A DNA stretch of 61,924 bases from an uncultured Nitrososphaerales archaeon (GTDB lineage: Archaea > Thermoproteota > Nitrososphaeria > Conexivisphaerales > UBA164): positions 1-61,924 of the forward strand of contig CAYFJA010000002.1 in NCBI GenBank assembly GCA_964343315.1. Direction: 5' to 3'. The translations under genes and the position numbers were made by a program. Of this stretch, positions 46,762 through 56,286 are shown in pieces. The notes under the pieces are model-generated. The model was not told the origin of the DNA. It made no database searches and worked only from the letters and a program-made list of their open reading frames with translations. How positions within the stretch are numbered: the first letter of the stretch is position 1; each line of letters starts with the position of its first letter.

Positions 46762-48357
46762 TTAAGCGTTATCATGATCTTCGCTTAAAAGCGATTCTTT
46801 CAAGACTTTCCTGTAGTAGTTCAGCAGGTCCGGCCTCAGCATAACTAAGAAGGGCAGCAGGTACTTTTGCTCTAAAGCTTCTGAGTATACCTCCTTTGAT
46901 TCGCCGTAGCCCTTCTTAAAGCTCAAAATAAAGGGCTTCGCCAGCTCCTGATCCTTCAAAAAGTAAAACGAGTAGTACATGAACTCTGCTATGTCCCAGC
47001 CCATGTCCTCTATTGATGCGTTCTCTTTAAACTGCTCCAGGTCTATCAAAAACACTTTTTCTCCCGAAACCAAAAAGTTCTCTGGCTTTGAGTCGCCTAG
47101 CGCAAAGCCTCCCCTGTGAACTTCAGCAAAAGTTTTACCGACCTCCTCAAATATTTTGTTGTAATCCTCTTGGCCTTGATAAGACTTAACGTAGTCAAGC
47201 AGGCTCCTTCCATCTAAGTACTCCTTAACAAGATACTTTTTGCTAACGGATACAGCCACAACCTTCTGAGAATTGATCCCTAAGCTACCCAAGAGCAGGG
47301 AACCTAAGTATTCGTTGTACATCCTTTTAACGGGGTTCATTTCAAAAGGCTTAATCGGCCTCCCGGCTATGCCTAGCATTATCCACTTGAACTCGCTCTT
47401 CCCCTTAAAGCTCTTAACAACGTACTTTTTTCCCTCAGACTCAACGACCTTTATCCCATAAAATGGGTTCAGGAGCCCGCCTATCTTTTCAACGCTCACA
47501 GCGTTGAGCTCCTTTTCCGGCGTACCTTCCAGCACCTTTGCCCCTCCATCTAGCTGGAGGAGGGCTTCGGGCTTCTTTAGGTAAACGTTTACGTCCTTTA
47601 AGCTCCTTGACCTCTTAACCTTTGAAACCAGCTCGTTTAAAACGACATCCGGGGTAACCTTTCCGCTCATCCCGTGAAAGATGTACTGCTTTAGGGCCAG
47701 CTGCAGGTAGTAAAGGTCGTCAACGAGGTAGGGTTGGGGAATCTGAGCCCCTTTCTTAACTCTAACAAAGCCATCTTTTAATTCTAGGAACGGCAAGCTC
47801 TCAGAAGCCCTCTTAAATCCATCGAGCGTAAGGGGTAGGTTTCTTTCAATCCTTTCCTTAGAATAAGTGTTGGCGTAGCTGTAGAGCGCTGGAGGGTAAA
47901 TCTGATACCTCTTCTTAAGCTTGGAGAACAAAAAGTACTCCAACGGTATGTTCATGTGGTACAAAAAGTCCTGATACTCTTTGTATAGCTGATAAGTTTC
48001 TTCCAGAATAACCCTCTTTTTGTACCTCACTTCAACCTCCTTAAGCTCCTCCTCCCCAAATACAGGCAAGTAAGGGTTAAGGAGCCTTCCTACGACGAAC
48101 TCGCCTAGAGCAGACTTTTCCGCATCCTCATAAGTCTCCTTAACGTCTGAAGCAAGGAGAGAGTAGCTGTACTTTCCGCTGAAGTAATAGTAGCGCACCT
48201 TTTCCTTAAAGCTTTGACAAAGAGCTAAAAGGTCCACGTCGCTGTCCTTTTTCGCATAGCCTGCAACTGTGCTGCCGTAGACCGCTAAAGCCTTAACATC
48301 TACCCCCTTGAGCTTTTCTAAGACATCTTCCTTTATAGCTTCTAAGTCTAAGTCCAA
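46762..48357 (-). CDS. Fusion protein: N-terminal minimal nucleotidyltransferase domain plus C-terminal atypical (RIO/Bud32/Kdo-kinase-like) protein-kinase domain
   Basis: NTase motif YGSTVAGYAKKDSDVDLLAL (GS-x9-DxD). Kinase-like VVKSFKGK (Lys), KEYLDG hinge, catalytic loop LGDSKPENFLV, and metal-binding LIDLEQF. Confidence 0.6.
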   Translation of the reverse strand: MDLDLEAIKEDVLEKLKGVDVKALAVYGSTVAGYAKKDSDVDLLALCQSFKEKVRYYYFSGKYSYSLLASDVKETYEDAEKSALGEFVVGRLLNPYLPVFGEEELKEVEVRYKKRVILEETYQLYKEYQDFLYHMNIPLEYFLFSKLKKRYQIYPPALYSYANTYSKERIERNLPLTLDGFKRASESLPFLELKDGFVRVKKGAQIPQPYLVDDLYYLQLALKQYIFHGMSGKVTPDVVLNELVSKVKRSRSLKDVNVYLKKPEALLQLDGGAKVLEGTPEKELNAVSVEKIGGLLNPFYGIKVVESEGKKYVVKSFKGKSEFKWIMLGIAGRPIKPFEMNPVKRMYNEYLGSLLLGSLGINSQKVVAVSVSKKYLVKEYLDGRSLLDYVKSYQGQEDYNKIFEEVGKTFAEVHRGGFALGDSKPENFLVSGEKVFLIDLEQFKENASIEDMGWDIAEFMYYSFYFLKDQELAKPFILSFKKGYGESKEVYSEALEQKYLLPFLVMLRPDLLNYYRKVLKESLLSEDHDNA

Positions 48358-49013
48358 TTCAAGAACCTCTTCAAAGACTCCTCAGGAGAGTAGTTTAATA
48401 TTGAATAGACGCTTACCCTAACTGTGTTTTGCTCAGGCGAAATGTACTCTGTGGGAAGGTTTTTGTTTATCCACCTGCTGATGGTCTTTTTGTTCAAAGC
48501 TTCGTCCTTTAAGCCTACGTCAAACTTTTCCCTCAGAAGCCTGATTATTTTCTTACCCTTCCTAAAAACAGCCTCCGGGCTGTATAGCTCTCCCTGATCT
48601 GCGAACGCAGATTCAAAGACGCTTACAGATATCTCTGAGGAGGATATGCTGAAGCTCTTTATCTTAGCTGCAAAGTTTATGTAGTGGAGCATCTCGTGAG
48701 CAAGAACCGCAAGAAGCGTGTCCTTTGATGAGTACAAAACCAGAGGAGGGGTTAGCTGAACAAGCAGGTACAATCTGTCCTGATAGGTCAAAGGATAAAA
48801 CCTAGAATAAATTATAGAGGCTTCGCCAGCAATACCCTTCATCGCTAAGGCTTTCGGATAAACGTACCAATCAGGATACTTAATCCCAGAAGCCTTCTCA
48901 ACGCTCTTAATAGCTTCTTCTACCTTCTCCCTTGAAGATAGGATCTTTTCGTAAATCTCTAAAGGGATTTCTTTTTTATTTAAGCTCTCGCTAAGAGCCG
49001 CCAGAGGGTCCAT
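48348..49013 (-). CDS. Putative zinc metallopeptidase/hydrolase (HExxH)
   Basis: LAVLAHEMLHYINF is the only diagnostic motif. 221 aa; overlaps both neighbouring genes. Confidence 0.45.
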   Translation of the reverse strand: MDPLAALSESLNKKEIPLEIYEKILSSREKVEEAIKSVEKASGIKYPDWYVYPKALAMKGIAGEASIIYSRFYPLTYQDRLYLLVQLTPPLVLYSSKDTLLAVLAHEMLHYINFAAKIKSFSISSSEISVSVFESAFADQGELYSPEAVFRKGKKIIRLLREKFDVGLKDEALNKKTISRWINKNLPTEYISPEQNTVRVSVYSILNYSPEESLKRFLNWT

Positions 49014-49158
49014 AACTAACCTCTATATATAAAGCTCCTTTATAACCACATCTTTTGCAGAAGTAGAAGTTTGTTGGAGCTCCTGAGACGATCTCAGATA
49101 AAGGAAATAGCGGGGCGCCGCACTTTGGGCAAACCTTTATCTTCTTTGTTCCGCTCAT
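48991..49158 (-). CDS. Small zinc-ribbon protein (55 aa); below the ORF-track length cut-off
   Basis: Hand translation: MSGTKKIKVCPKCGAPLFPLSEIVSGAPTNFYFCKRCGYKGALYIEVSYGPSGGS (CPxC...CxxC). Its ATG overlaps the SUI1 TGA (ATGA), and its 3' end overlaps the next gene by 23 nt. Confidence 0.45.
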   Translation of the reverse strand: MSGTKKIKVCPKCGAPLFPLSEIVSGAPTNFYFCKRCGYKGALYIEVSYGPSGGS

Positions 49159-49457
49159 TGCATGACTATGTTTTCTTCCTTGAACCCGAGCTCAACTAAA
49201 TACTTAACTATTTTGTCCCTGTGGTCTCCCTGAAGGATTATGCTTTCGTCCTTTGCCGTCCCGCCGCACGCGAGCTTCTTCTTAAGCTTCTTAGCTATCT
49301 CTTCTATGTTTATGCCCTTTGTATCGGAGAACTGAATTATAGTAGTTGGCTTGTTGTACTTCCTTGTTTCCAGCTTTACAAAGATCCTAGCGGTTTCCTT
49401 TGATATTTCCTCTGGTATTAAATCGTTCGTGTACACGAATGGCTCGAAATCATCCAT
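49155..49457 (-). CDS. sui1: Translation initiation factor aSUI1 (eIF1 homolog)
   Basis: IFVKLETRKYNKPTTIIQ...KLKKKLACGGTAKDESIILQGDHRDKI is the canonical SUI1 domain. Confidence 0.9.
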   Translation of the reverse strand: MDDFEPFVYTNDLIPEEISKETARIFVKLETRKYNKPTTIIQFSDTKGINIEEIAKKLKKKLACGGTAKDESIILQGDHRDKIVKYLVELGFKEENIVMQ

Positions 49458-49616
49458 TCTTTAATCAGTAAAAGTATCAAAATTCCTATATTTAAATTTA
49501 TTCCTACAGTTTTACTATTCAGGGAATCGATATCTTTTTGGACAAAAAAGCTAGCTGAACATTAAAAATCAGAAAAAGTAGACAAAGATTATAAAGGGAT
49601 CCATAGAACAAAAATT

Positions 49617-49955
49617 ATGAAAGTTTTGTTCTTTATAATTACAGGGAAAGAAAACCCAGAAAGGTTCAGCCTCGCTCTAACCATAGCTTCAAGGTCTGCT
49701 ATGAACAAAAGGTATGATGACCTGAAGGTGATATTCTACGGCCCAGCAGAAGACTACCTAACGAGCATTTCCGGGCAGGACCTAGAGAACTTTAACTACT
49801 TGTTGAAAAATGGCCACGTGGACAGCGCTTGCGTAAACTATGCAGCTGGAAAAAACATAAAGGATCAGCTCACAAAGCTTGGAATAAATTTGCAGCCAAC
49901 CGGAGAGAGGCTTGCCTACTTTGTTAACCAGGGGTACGAGGTAGTAACCTTCTAA
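49617..49955 (+). CDS. DsrE/DsrF-like family protein
   Basis: 112 aa. MKVLFFIITG...VIFYGPAE...VDSACVNYA resembles the DsrE-like fold with a candidate active Cys. Confidence 0.5.
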   Translation: MKVLFFIITGKENPERFSLALTIASRSAMNKRYDDLKVIFYGPAEDYLTSISGQDLENFNYLLKNGHVDSACVNYAAGKNIKDQLTKLGINLQPTGERLAYFVNQGYEVVTF

Positions 49956-49956
49956 A

Positions 49957-51204
49957 TCACTTTTCTCTCCAGGCCAGGGCTGCGTATATCACGAATATTA
50001 GAAGACCATTGAAGAAAGCGAAGATCCCGAGGGAAAGGTAAAGCAGGGAAGGAACCTGAGCCATTAGCTGAATCAGGTAATCTAAGACCGATGAGAGCGT
50101 TGAAACCTGCAGCGTTTCAGCAACTTTTAAGGCAAACTGAACGCCGTACGAGCTTGCTAAAGCTTCTGCTACTGGGACTGGAGGTACCACAGCGTACGGA
50201 GCGTGGGCAAGCAGGTTTATTGTTTCAGATAGGTCAAGGATAGCTACAGATAATATTCCCGAAGCTATTCCGGCTAGCCTGCTCTTCTTGAAGAACGAAA
50301 AGATGAGAAGCAAAAACGTAATTAAAGCCAAAGCTAAGTCTGCGTAGAAGGGGCCGGTAAGTGAATACGTGGGCTTAAAGACAGAAAGAAGGTCTGAAGG
50401 GACGTAGCTCGGAGGGGAGCCGAATATAGACCAGGCCATCGTTGCAGAGTTGAGGTAAACTTCGTAGAGGTATACAGAGGTAAAAGCTGCGTAAAGCAGA
50501 CCAAAAACGAGGGCCAGCTTCTTTCCTATGGATATCCCTAAATCTTGGTGCGGAAGACCTCTGTACCTCAGGCTAAAGCCAAATAACATTATCAGCCCGG
50601 TGAAGGCCAAGGCGGCTGACATCGTGCTGGCGAAGAGAGGTAGGTAAAGCGGGTTTTGAACGGCCTGATAAACGTTGACTGACAGGTCAAAGCCTATAAC
50701 GGACGATGGATCTGGGGTAATGTAGGTCCCAGCGGGGTAGGCTGTATAAGCGAAAACGAGCCTGAACATGAGAGGGATTATTGATGCGGAGATCGCTAAC
50801 AAAACTCCTAAAATAGCGTGGTTCCTGTGAGACCACCTTGAGTAGGTTCTGTAGTAGAGTCCTATAACAGGTATAGTTATGATAACCCCAGCTATTATAG
50901 CTGTGGCCCAGACCGGCCAAAGTATCACCCCGGCTAGGTTTGTGAAGACAGGCATTAGCCCTGCCAAGAAAACCGTAACTATAGTTCCGAAAACCCCTCC
51001 TATCGCATAAACCGCTATCAAGTAGTTCAGCAAAACCTTGTTAAGCTCGAGGTACCTGCTGTCGTTTCTCTTCCAGCCTATGTATTCTATGAACGGGGTT
51101 GTCCAAAGTATCCCTAGAACAGTATAAACTAAGGGCAGGTGCACGTCAAAGGCCCAGGAGAGAAGCCCGCCGACAGCTGATACGCTCGAAACCATACCTC
51201 TCAC
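49957..51204 (-). CDS. Cytochrome bd-type oxidase subunit II-like membrane protein (divergent)
   Basis: About 9-10 hydrophobic helices. The start overlaps the stop of the CydA-like gene (51201..51204). The assignment rests on position and topology, not on motifs. Confidence 0.5.
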   Translation of the reverse strand: MRGMVSSVSAVGGLLSWAFDVHLPLVYTVLGILWTTPFIEYIGWKRNDSRYLELNKVLLNYLIAVYAIGGVFGTIVTVFLAGLMPVFTNLAGVILWPVWATAIIAGVIITIPVIGLYYRTYSRWSHRNHAILGVLLAISASIIPLMFRLVFAYTAYPAGTYITPDPSSVIGFDLSVNVYQAVQNPLYLPLFASTMSAALAFTGLIMLFGFSLRYRGLPHQDLGISIGKKLALVFGLLYAAFTSVYLYEVYLNSATMAWSIFGSPPSYVPSDLLSVFKPTYSLTGPFYADLALALITFLLLIFSFFKKSRLAGIASGILSVAILDLSETINLLAHAPYAVVPPVPVAEALASSYGVQFALKVAETLQVSTLSSVLDYLIQLMAQVPSLLYLSLGIFAFFNGLLIFVIYAALAWREK

Positions 51205-52598
51205 CTCCTGCTAACGTAAACCCAAATCCCGTATACCGCTACGAACGGTATCGCTAGGGCAACAAAGGTCAAAAGCGCCACTTCCCAGATAGGCATGCTC
51301 AAGCTCACGTTCAACAGAGCTGAAACGGGGACCCCGGTTATCGTTGGAGGCCCTGAGTTGCTGGGAACGCTGCTCACAAATATCAGAGGATACCTTCCGC
51401 TCTCTGCGCTTAACGCTCCTCCTATTCCTGCAACTATTCCTGAGAACGGGATCAGGTACTGGGAGACAAGCTCTAGGGGCCTCTGAAGCTTGTACAGCCA
51501 ACCAAATCCAACCTTCCCCAGATTTTCCCCAAAAGCATAGTCTAAGCCCAAAGCCAAAGCTAAAATGCCCAAAACTATCCCAAAGCCAACCATCATAACC
51601 AAATAAGCGAAAGTAACGTAAGTTGGGGGCCTTATGCTTGCTGGCCAGCTGTAATAGCCCCAGAACTGATGGTTAAGCGTCCCGTAAGCAACAAAGCTGG
51701 TTAGCGGGTCAACCCTTAAACCGCTCCAGTACATTCCCTCAAAGACGGCTAGCTTTAGCGGATCTTCCTGAACTACGAGCTCGCCCTGGAAGTGCCCGAG
51801 GACCAAGCCTTGAATTCCTGTCAACACGGCGAGCGGCAAGAGCATGTGGTTTAAAACCTTCTTTCTGACTGGGTCTTTGTCCCTCACATATTTGTAAATG
51901 TAAACTCCAGCTATAAGAGACCAGCTTGATATCACAGCGGCAAGGATACCGTGAAATATGAATATCTGAGCCCCGGCCCAGTACATGTTAAACATCTGCG
52001 AAGGCTTCTCCCATTCTAAGATATAGGTTATAGCTTTAGAAATCGACTGTCCGCTCTGGGCCAGGTTAACGATCTCCAGACCTGGAGGCCTCATAGAAAG
52101 AGAAGCCATCACCGCAAGTATGTTGTACGCGCTCCAGTAGCCCCCGAAAGCGGCAACTATACCGATGGCAAAGTGAGCCCAGCCGTTCTTAATTTTGTCC
52201 CAAGTGAACGTGTAAAGAGGGAGGACGACAACTTCGAACAGAAAAGCAAAGAGCTCTATGTAAAAAGGAAGGGCTATCGCGCCTATAATAGCAACAAAGT
52301 TGCTCCAAACTGTGACCAAGCCGAACTCCACTAGAGTTCCGTAAGCTGCGCCAACTCCAAATATGATGGTTGATATAACAGAAAACATCCTAGCCTTTGC
52401 AAGCATTCTTTCATCCTTAGTCCTTAGGTAGCTGTATTCTAAGACCAAAGCTAAAGCTATAGTCCCTAAAAAGGAAGAAGCTAAGCTTAAGTGCGCTATT
52501 ATACCAGAAGCTGACAGAACTCTTAAAGGAGTTAAAGGAACGCTCACAATTGTATTTATTTTTATTGGTAAAATATAAATTTTGTTTACTAAAACCAA
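51201..52598 (-). CDS. cydA: Cytochrome bd-type quinol oxidase subunit I (CydA-like)
   Basis: An N-terminal His-containing helix (IIAHLSLASSFLG) and GAAYGTLVEFGLVTVWSNF, corresponding to the GxxxGxxxEFQFGTNW motif. Confidence 0.7.
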   Translation of the reverse strand: MVLVNKIYILPIKINTIVSVPLTPLRVLSASGIIAHLSLASSFLGTIALALVLEYSYLRTKDERMLAKARMFSVISTIIFGVGAAYGTLVEFGLVTVWSNFVAIIGAIALPFYIELFAFLFEVVVLPLYTFTWDKIKNGWAHFAIGIVAAFGGYWSAYNILAVMASLSMRPPGLEIVNLAQSGQSISKAITYILEWEKPSQMFNMYWAGAQIFIFHGILAAVISSWSLIAGVYIYKYVRDKDPVRKKVLNHMLLPLAVLTGIQGLVLGHFQGELVVQEDPLKLAVFEGMYWSGLRVDPLTSFVAYGTLNHQFWGYYSWPASIRPPTYVTFAYLVMMVGFGIVLGILALALGLDYAFGENLGKVGFGWLYKLQRPLELVSQYLIPFSGIVAGIGGALSAESGRYPLIFVSSVPSNSGPPTITGVPVSALLNVSLSMPIWEVALLTFVALAIPFVAVYGIWVYVSRR

Positions 52599-52643
52599 AA
52601 ATTTTTAGTGCGTTTGTTTAAAAAATAAATAAAAAATGAAAAT

Positions 52644-54872
52644 TTATCGAATCGTCCTCTTTATTTCTTCAGCAAGCCTTTCGTACCTTTCTATGTCTGC
52701 CCTTGTTAGCGAAGGCTTAACTATTTTCAAGGCTTCCTCAAAGTGCTTCTTCTCAACGGGCTTCGCGTGCTCAAGCTTCTGCTCCACCGTTTCCCTCAGA
52801 GCAAGCATAGCCGCCTCCCTCACGAGGGAAGCTAAGTCAGCTCCTGTGTATCCTTCGGTCCTTGAAGCTAGCTCCTTTAAGTAGGCGTAGTCGTTTGCTG
52901 TAACTTCATCAGCAAGCTTCATCTTCTTTGTGTGCACCCTAAGGATCTCGTACCTTGCCTGTTCGTCCGGTGGCGGGACGTAAACTAATCTGTCAAACCT
53001 TCCTGGCCTCAACAGAGCTGGGTCAAGTATGTCGGGCCTGTTCGTAGCAGCTATGACCACAACGTTCTTTAGAGGAGCTATTCCGTCCATCTCAGCCAGA
53101 AGCTGGTTTACTATCCTATCAGTGGCCCCGCTGTCAAACCTGGAGCCCCTTGAGGGAGCTATGGAATCAATCTCATCGAAGAATACTACGCATGGGGCGG
53201 CCATCCTAGCCTTCTTGAATATCTCCCTTATGGCCTTTTCCGACTCCCCAAACCACTTGCTCAGAACTTCAGGACCCCTTACGGCTATAAAGTTAGACTG
53301 ACTTTCTGTAGCTACTGCTTTAGCCAGCAGGGTCTTCCCAGTTCCCGGAGGACCGTACAACAATATTCCCTTAGGAGGCTCAGTCCCTATCTCTTCAAAG
53401 TACTTGGGGTATTTAAGGGGCCATTCAACCATCTCCCTTAGCTCCTGCTTTACCTTCTCGTATCCTCCTATATCTTCCCACCTTACTTCAGGAATCTCTA
53501 CTATTACTTCCCTGAGCACAGTTGGCTGAACGTACTTTAAAGCCTCTAAAATGTCCTTTCTCCTGAGCCTTAGCTTGCTGAGCTTCTCCGGCGGTACTGT
53601 AGCTTGCTCTACGTCTATTTCCTTTTTGTCTATGGCTTCCCTGAGCCTTATCATAGCGGCTTCCTTTACTAGGGCTGCTATGTCTGCTCCTGTGTATCCG
53701 TTCGTCATCTCGGCTATCTCTTCTAGGTCTATCTTATCCTCAGGAGAGCAAATCTTCTTGCTGATTTCTTCATCGCCGCACTGCGGAACGTTCCTAAGGT
53801 GAACGCTCAGTATTTCTTTTCTGGCCTGCTTGTCCGGCATCCCTATGTAGATTTCCCTGTCAAACCTTCCTGGCCTCCTAAGAGCCTCGTCAACGTCGTC
53901 AGGCCTGTTTGTTGCTCCTATAACGACTACCTGACCTCTTTCTTGCAGACCGTCCATAAGCGTTAACAGCTGAGCAACAACCCTCCTCTCAACTTCCCCT
54001 GTAACTTCAGCCCTCTTTGGGGCCAAAGCATCTATCTCGTCTATGAATATTATGCTGGGCGCGTTCTTCTTAGCTTCCTCAAATATGTTCCTCAGGTTCT
54101 GCTCAGATTCCCCGTAGTATTTGCTCATTATCTCCGGGCCGTTTATGGTCACAAAGTAGGCGTTTGATTCGTTCGCTACTGCTTTAGCCAGCAGAGTCTT
54201 ACCGGTTCCCGGAGGTCCTATGAGCAGAACTCCCTTCGGGGGCTCTATGCCCAAGTGCCTGAATATCTCGGGGTGCCTTAGAGGCAGCTCTATCATCTCC
54301 CTTATCTTCCTCTTCGCTTCTTCTAGGTCGCCTATGTCTTCCCAGGAGACCTTCGGGGCGTAAACTTCAGTTTCCTTCACAGGCTCCGACTTTATCTCAA
54401 CCTCTGTGCTTTCGTCGACGTAGGCAACAGGGCCTGGGATAACTGAGGTGACAACGAACTTTAGGGATTCGCTGTAGTAAGGAATCACTATCACTGAGTT
54501 CCTCCAGACAGGCTTCCCCAACAGGTATTCTTCTTTGAAGTACTCAGGATCTGCCTGTATCTGAACGTCAACAGGTGCCAAATTGACCTTTTCGGCCCTA
54601 GGTATGTTTGCCTTTTTAACCACGACTTCATCTCCTATCCCGACCCCTGCTCCCTGTCTGAGAGTCCCGTCCAGCCTTATAATGTCCCTGTCTTCATCCT
54701 CATATGAAGAGGGCAGAGCTTGAGCGTAAACGCTCTTCTTGCCGACTATTTCGATGTAGTCCCCAGCTGAAAGGCCGAGCCTGCGCATTATCCTCTGAGG
54801 TATTCTTGCTATGAACCTTCCGACGTCCCTTCCCTTAGCTTCTTCAACCGTAAGTCTAACTTCGTTGCTCAT
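52644..54872 (-). CDS. cdc48: CDC48/VCP/p97-type AAA+ ATPase
   Basis: An N-domain (double-psi barrel region) and two AAA modules with Walker [14 protein letters not shown] (twice), Walker B IIFIDEID and VVFFDEID, and SRH regions. Confidence 0.95.
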   Translation of the reverse strand: MSNEVRLTVEEAKGRDVGRFIARIPQRIMRRLGLSAGDYIEIVGKKSVYAQALPSSYEDEDRDIIRLDGTLRQGAGVGIGDEVVVKKANIPRAEKVNLAPVDVQIQADPEYFKEEYLLGKPVWRNSVIVIPYYSESLKFVVTSVIPGPVAYVDESTEVEIKSEPVKETEVYAPKVSWEDIGDLEEAKRKIREMIELPLRHPEIFRHLGIEPPKGVLLIGPPGTGKTLLAKAVANESNAYFVTINGPEIMSKYYGESEQNLRNIFEEAKKNAPSIIFIDEIDALAPKRAEVTGEVERRVVAQLLTLMDGLQERGQVVVIGATNRPDDVDEALRRPGRFDREIYIGMPDKQARKEILSVHLRNVPQCGDEEISKKICSPEDKIDLEEIAEMTNGYTGADIAALVKEAAMIRLREAIDKKEIDVEQATVPPEKLSKLRLRRKDILEALKYVQPTVLREVIVEIPEVRWEDIGGYEKVKQELREMVEWPLKYPKYFEEIGTEPPKGILLYGPPGTGKTLLAKAVATESQSNFIAVRGPEVLSKWFGESEKAIREIFKKARMAAPCVVFFDEIDSIAPSRGSRFDSGATDRIVNQLLAEMDGIAPLKNVVVIAATNRPDILDPALLRPGRFDRLVYVPPPDEQARYEILRVHTKKMKLADEVTANDYAYLKELASRTEGYTGADLASLVREAAMLALRETVEQKLEHAKPVEKKHFEEALKIVKPSLTRADIERYERLAEEIKRTIR

Positions 54873-54917
54873 GATTATAATTTAGATGTGATGTTTAATA
54901 AGCTTTATAGAAATGTA

Positions 54918-55004
54918 CGGGCCCGGTGGGATTCGAACCCACGACCCTCGGGTTAAAAGCCCGATGCTTTAGGCCTCTCGTCTACCTGGCTGAGCTACGG
55001 GCCC
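54918..55004 (-). tRNA. tRNA-Lys (anticodon UUU) with a 13-nt insert (probable non-canonical intron) in the D arm
   Basis: Minus strand: GGGCCCG-UA-GCUC-AGCCAGGUA-GA[CGAGAGGCCUAAA]GC-A-UCGGG-CUUUUAA-CCCGA-GGGUC-GUGGG-UUCGAAU-CCCAC-CGGGCCC-G. Removing the bracketed 13 nt restores a 74-nt cloverleaf. CCA is not encoded. Confidence 0.8.
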
Positions 55005-55030
55005 AGCGAAAGTAAATTTGATTTTGCAAA

Positions 55031-55039
55031 TTTAAATAT
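55031..55039 (-). promoter_or_regulatory. TATA box for tRNA-Lys
   Basis: The minus strand reads ATATTTAAA, centred about 28-30 nt upstream of the tRNA 5' end. Confidence 0.4.
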
Positions 55040-55137
55040 TATGCTAGATCTTTCAAGCTTCAAATAAAAAATATTTTCCTTTTTGTCAAATGCTTCAGAA
55101 CCCCTAAGTTAATTTTAGCCGATAAAAACAAAAAATT

Positions 55138-56256
55138 GTGAAAGGGGTCTTTAAGGATAAGAGCAAATTATACCCTACTTATGTTCCTGACGAGCTTCCC
55201 CACAGAGAAGAGAAGCTGAGGGCTATGAAAGATAGCTTGGAGGAGAGCCTGAGCGGGAATTCTCTGATTATACTTCAGATTATAGGAGAGGTTGGAACAG
55301 GAAAAACGGTTAGCCTTCTGAAGCTAAGCAGAGATTACGGGGGAGAAAGGATTAAGTTCGCTTACTTAAACCCCAGACAGCACGGGACCTCTAGGGTTTT
55401 GCTGTACAGGCAGATATGCAGGTCTCTGGCGCCTGAGGCTTATTCTTCAAGCTACAGCCCAGAGGAGCTCCTTCAGGCCGCTGTGAGGGGCCTCACGAAG
55501 CAAAACGCTAAAGGTGTAATCATGTTTGACGACCTTGACTACTTTTTGGTTAGGTCCAAAGAGCCAGTTGTTTACAACTTAACTAGGCTTTACGAGATAT
55601 TCCCGCTAGAAAAGCTTCCCATAACTTTGGTTATATTTACAGCCAAGAGCCTAAAGTTCAGGGATTACCTTGAGAGGTCTGAGCTCAGCTCCCTCGGCAA
55701 CAGGGTTCTATTCTTTGAGAGGTACAGCAGGGAGCAGATATTTGACATACTTCAAAAGAGGGCTGAGGAAGCTTTCCTCCCGGGAAGGGTAGACGAAAAG
55801 GTTCTTGAGTTCATCTCAGAGATAACCGCTTCGCCTCCTATAAACGGGGACATAAGGTACGCTATAGACCTGCTTTTAAACTCGGGCTTAGCGTGCGAGG
55901 CTGAAGGCTGCTCTAAGATAACCGTAGACCACGTCAGGAAGGTGGTGAGCATTACTTCGCCTTATATAACTCAGGAGGACATAGCAAGCCTGGACGAGGG
56001 ACTCAAGAAGGCTCTCTTAGCTGTGGTTAGGGCGTTGAAAACGTCTCAGGAGCCTTACGTTTCTCTTGACAAAATATACACAACTTACTCTGAAATAAGC
56101 AAGGAAAAAGATGGGCTGAAGGATCTCGTGGAGAAGCTTCAGGAGCTTGATTCCCGCGGGATAATAGAAGTGAAGGGGCTCACTAAGATCGGGATTACTG
56201 GGGCGCCGCTTGAAAGCTTAGCAAGCTTTTTAGAGGCTTCTCTCCAAAACTCTTAA
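55138..56256 (+). CDS. Orc1/Cdc6 AAA+ protein (divergent, short paralog)
   Basis: LYPTYVPDELPHREEKL N-terminus, Walker A IGEVGTGKT, Walker B VIMFDDLD, sensor-2 GDIRYAIDLL, and a C-terminal winged-helix region with an atypical wing. GTG start. Confidence 0.85.
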   Translation: MKGVFKDKSKLYPTYVPDELPHREEKLRAMKDSLEESLSGNSLIILQIIGEVGTGKTVSLLKLSRDYGGERIKFAYLNPRQHGTSRVLLYRQICRSLAPEAYSSSYSPEELLQAAVRGLTKQNAKGVIMFDDLDYFLVRSKEPVVYNLTRLYEIFPLEKLPITLVIFTAKSLKFRDYLERSELSSLGNRVLFFERYSREQIFDILQKRAEEAFLPGRVDEKVLEFISEITASPPINGDIRYAIDLLLNSGLACEAEGCSKITVDHVRKVVSITSPYITQEDIASLDEGLKKALLAVVRALKTSQEPYVSLDKIYTTYSEISKEKDGLKDLVEKLQELDSRGIIEVKGLTKIGITGAPLESLASFLEASLQNS

Positions 56257-56286
56257 AACGCAACAGCACATTATTTATTATATAAT

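Noticed and set aside
55005-55137. Possible replication origin upstream of orc1/cdc6
   Set aside because: The spacer is only about 130 bp. Apart from one 7-bp inverted repeat (AAATTTG/CAAATTT), it has no repeated ORB or mini-ORB-like elements that I can see, and part of it is the tRNA-Lys promoter.
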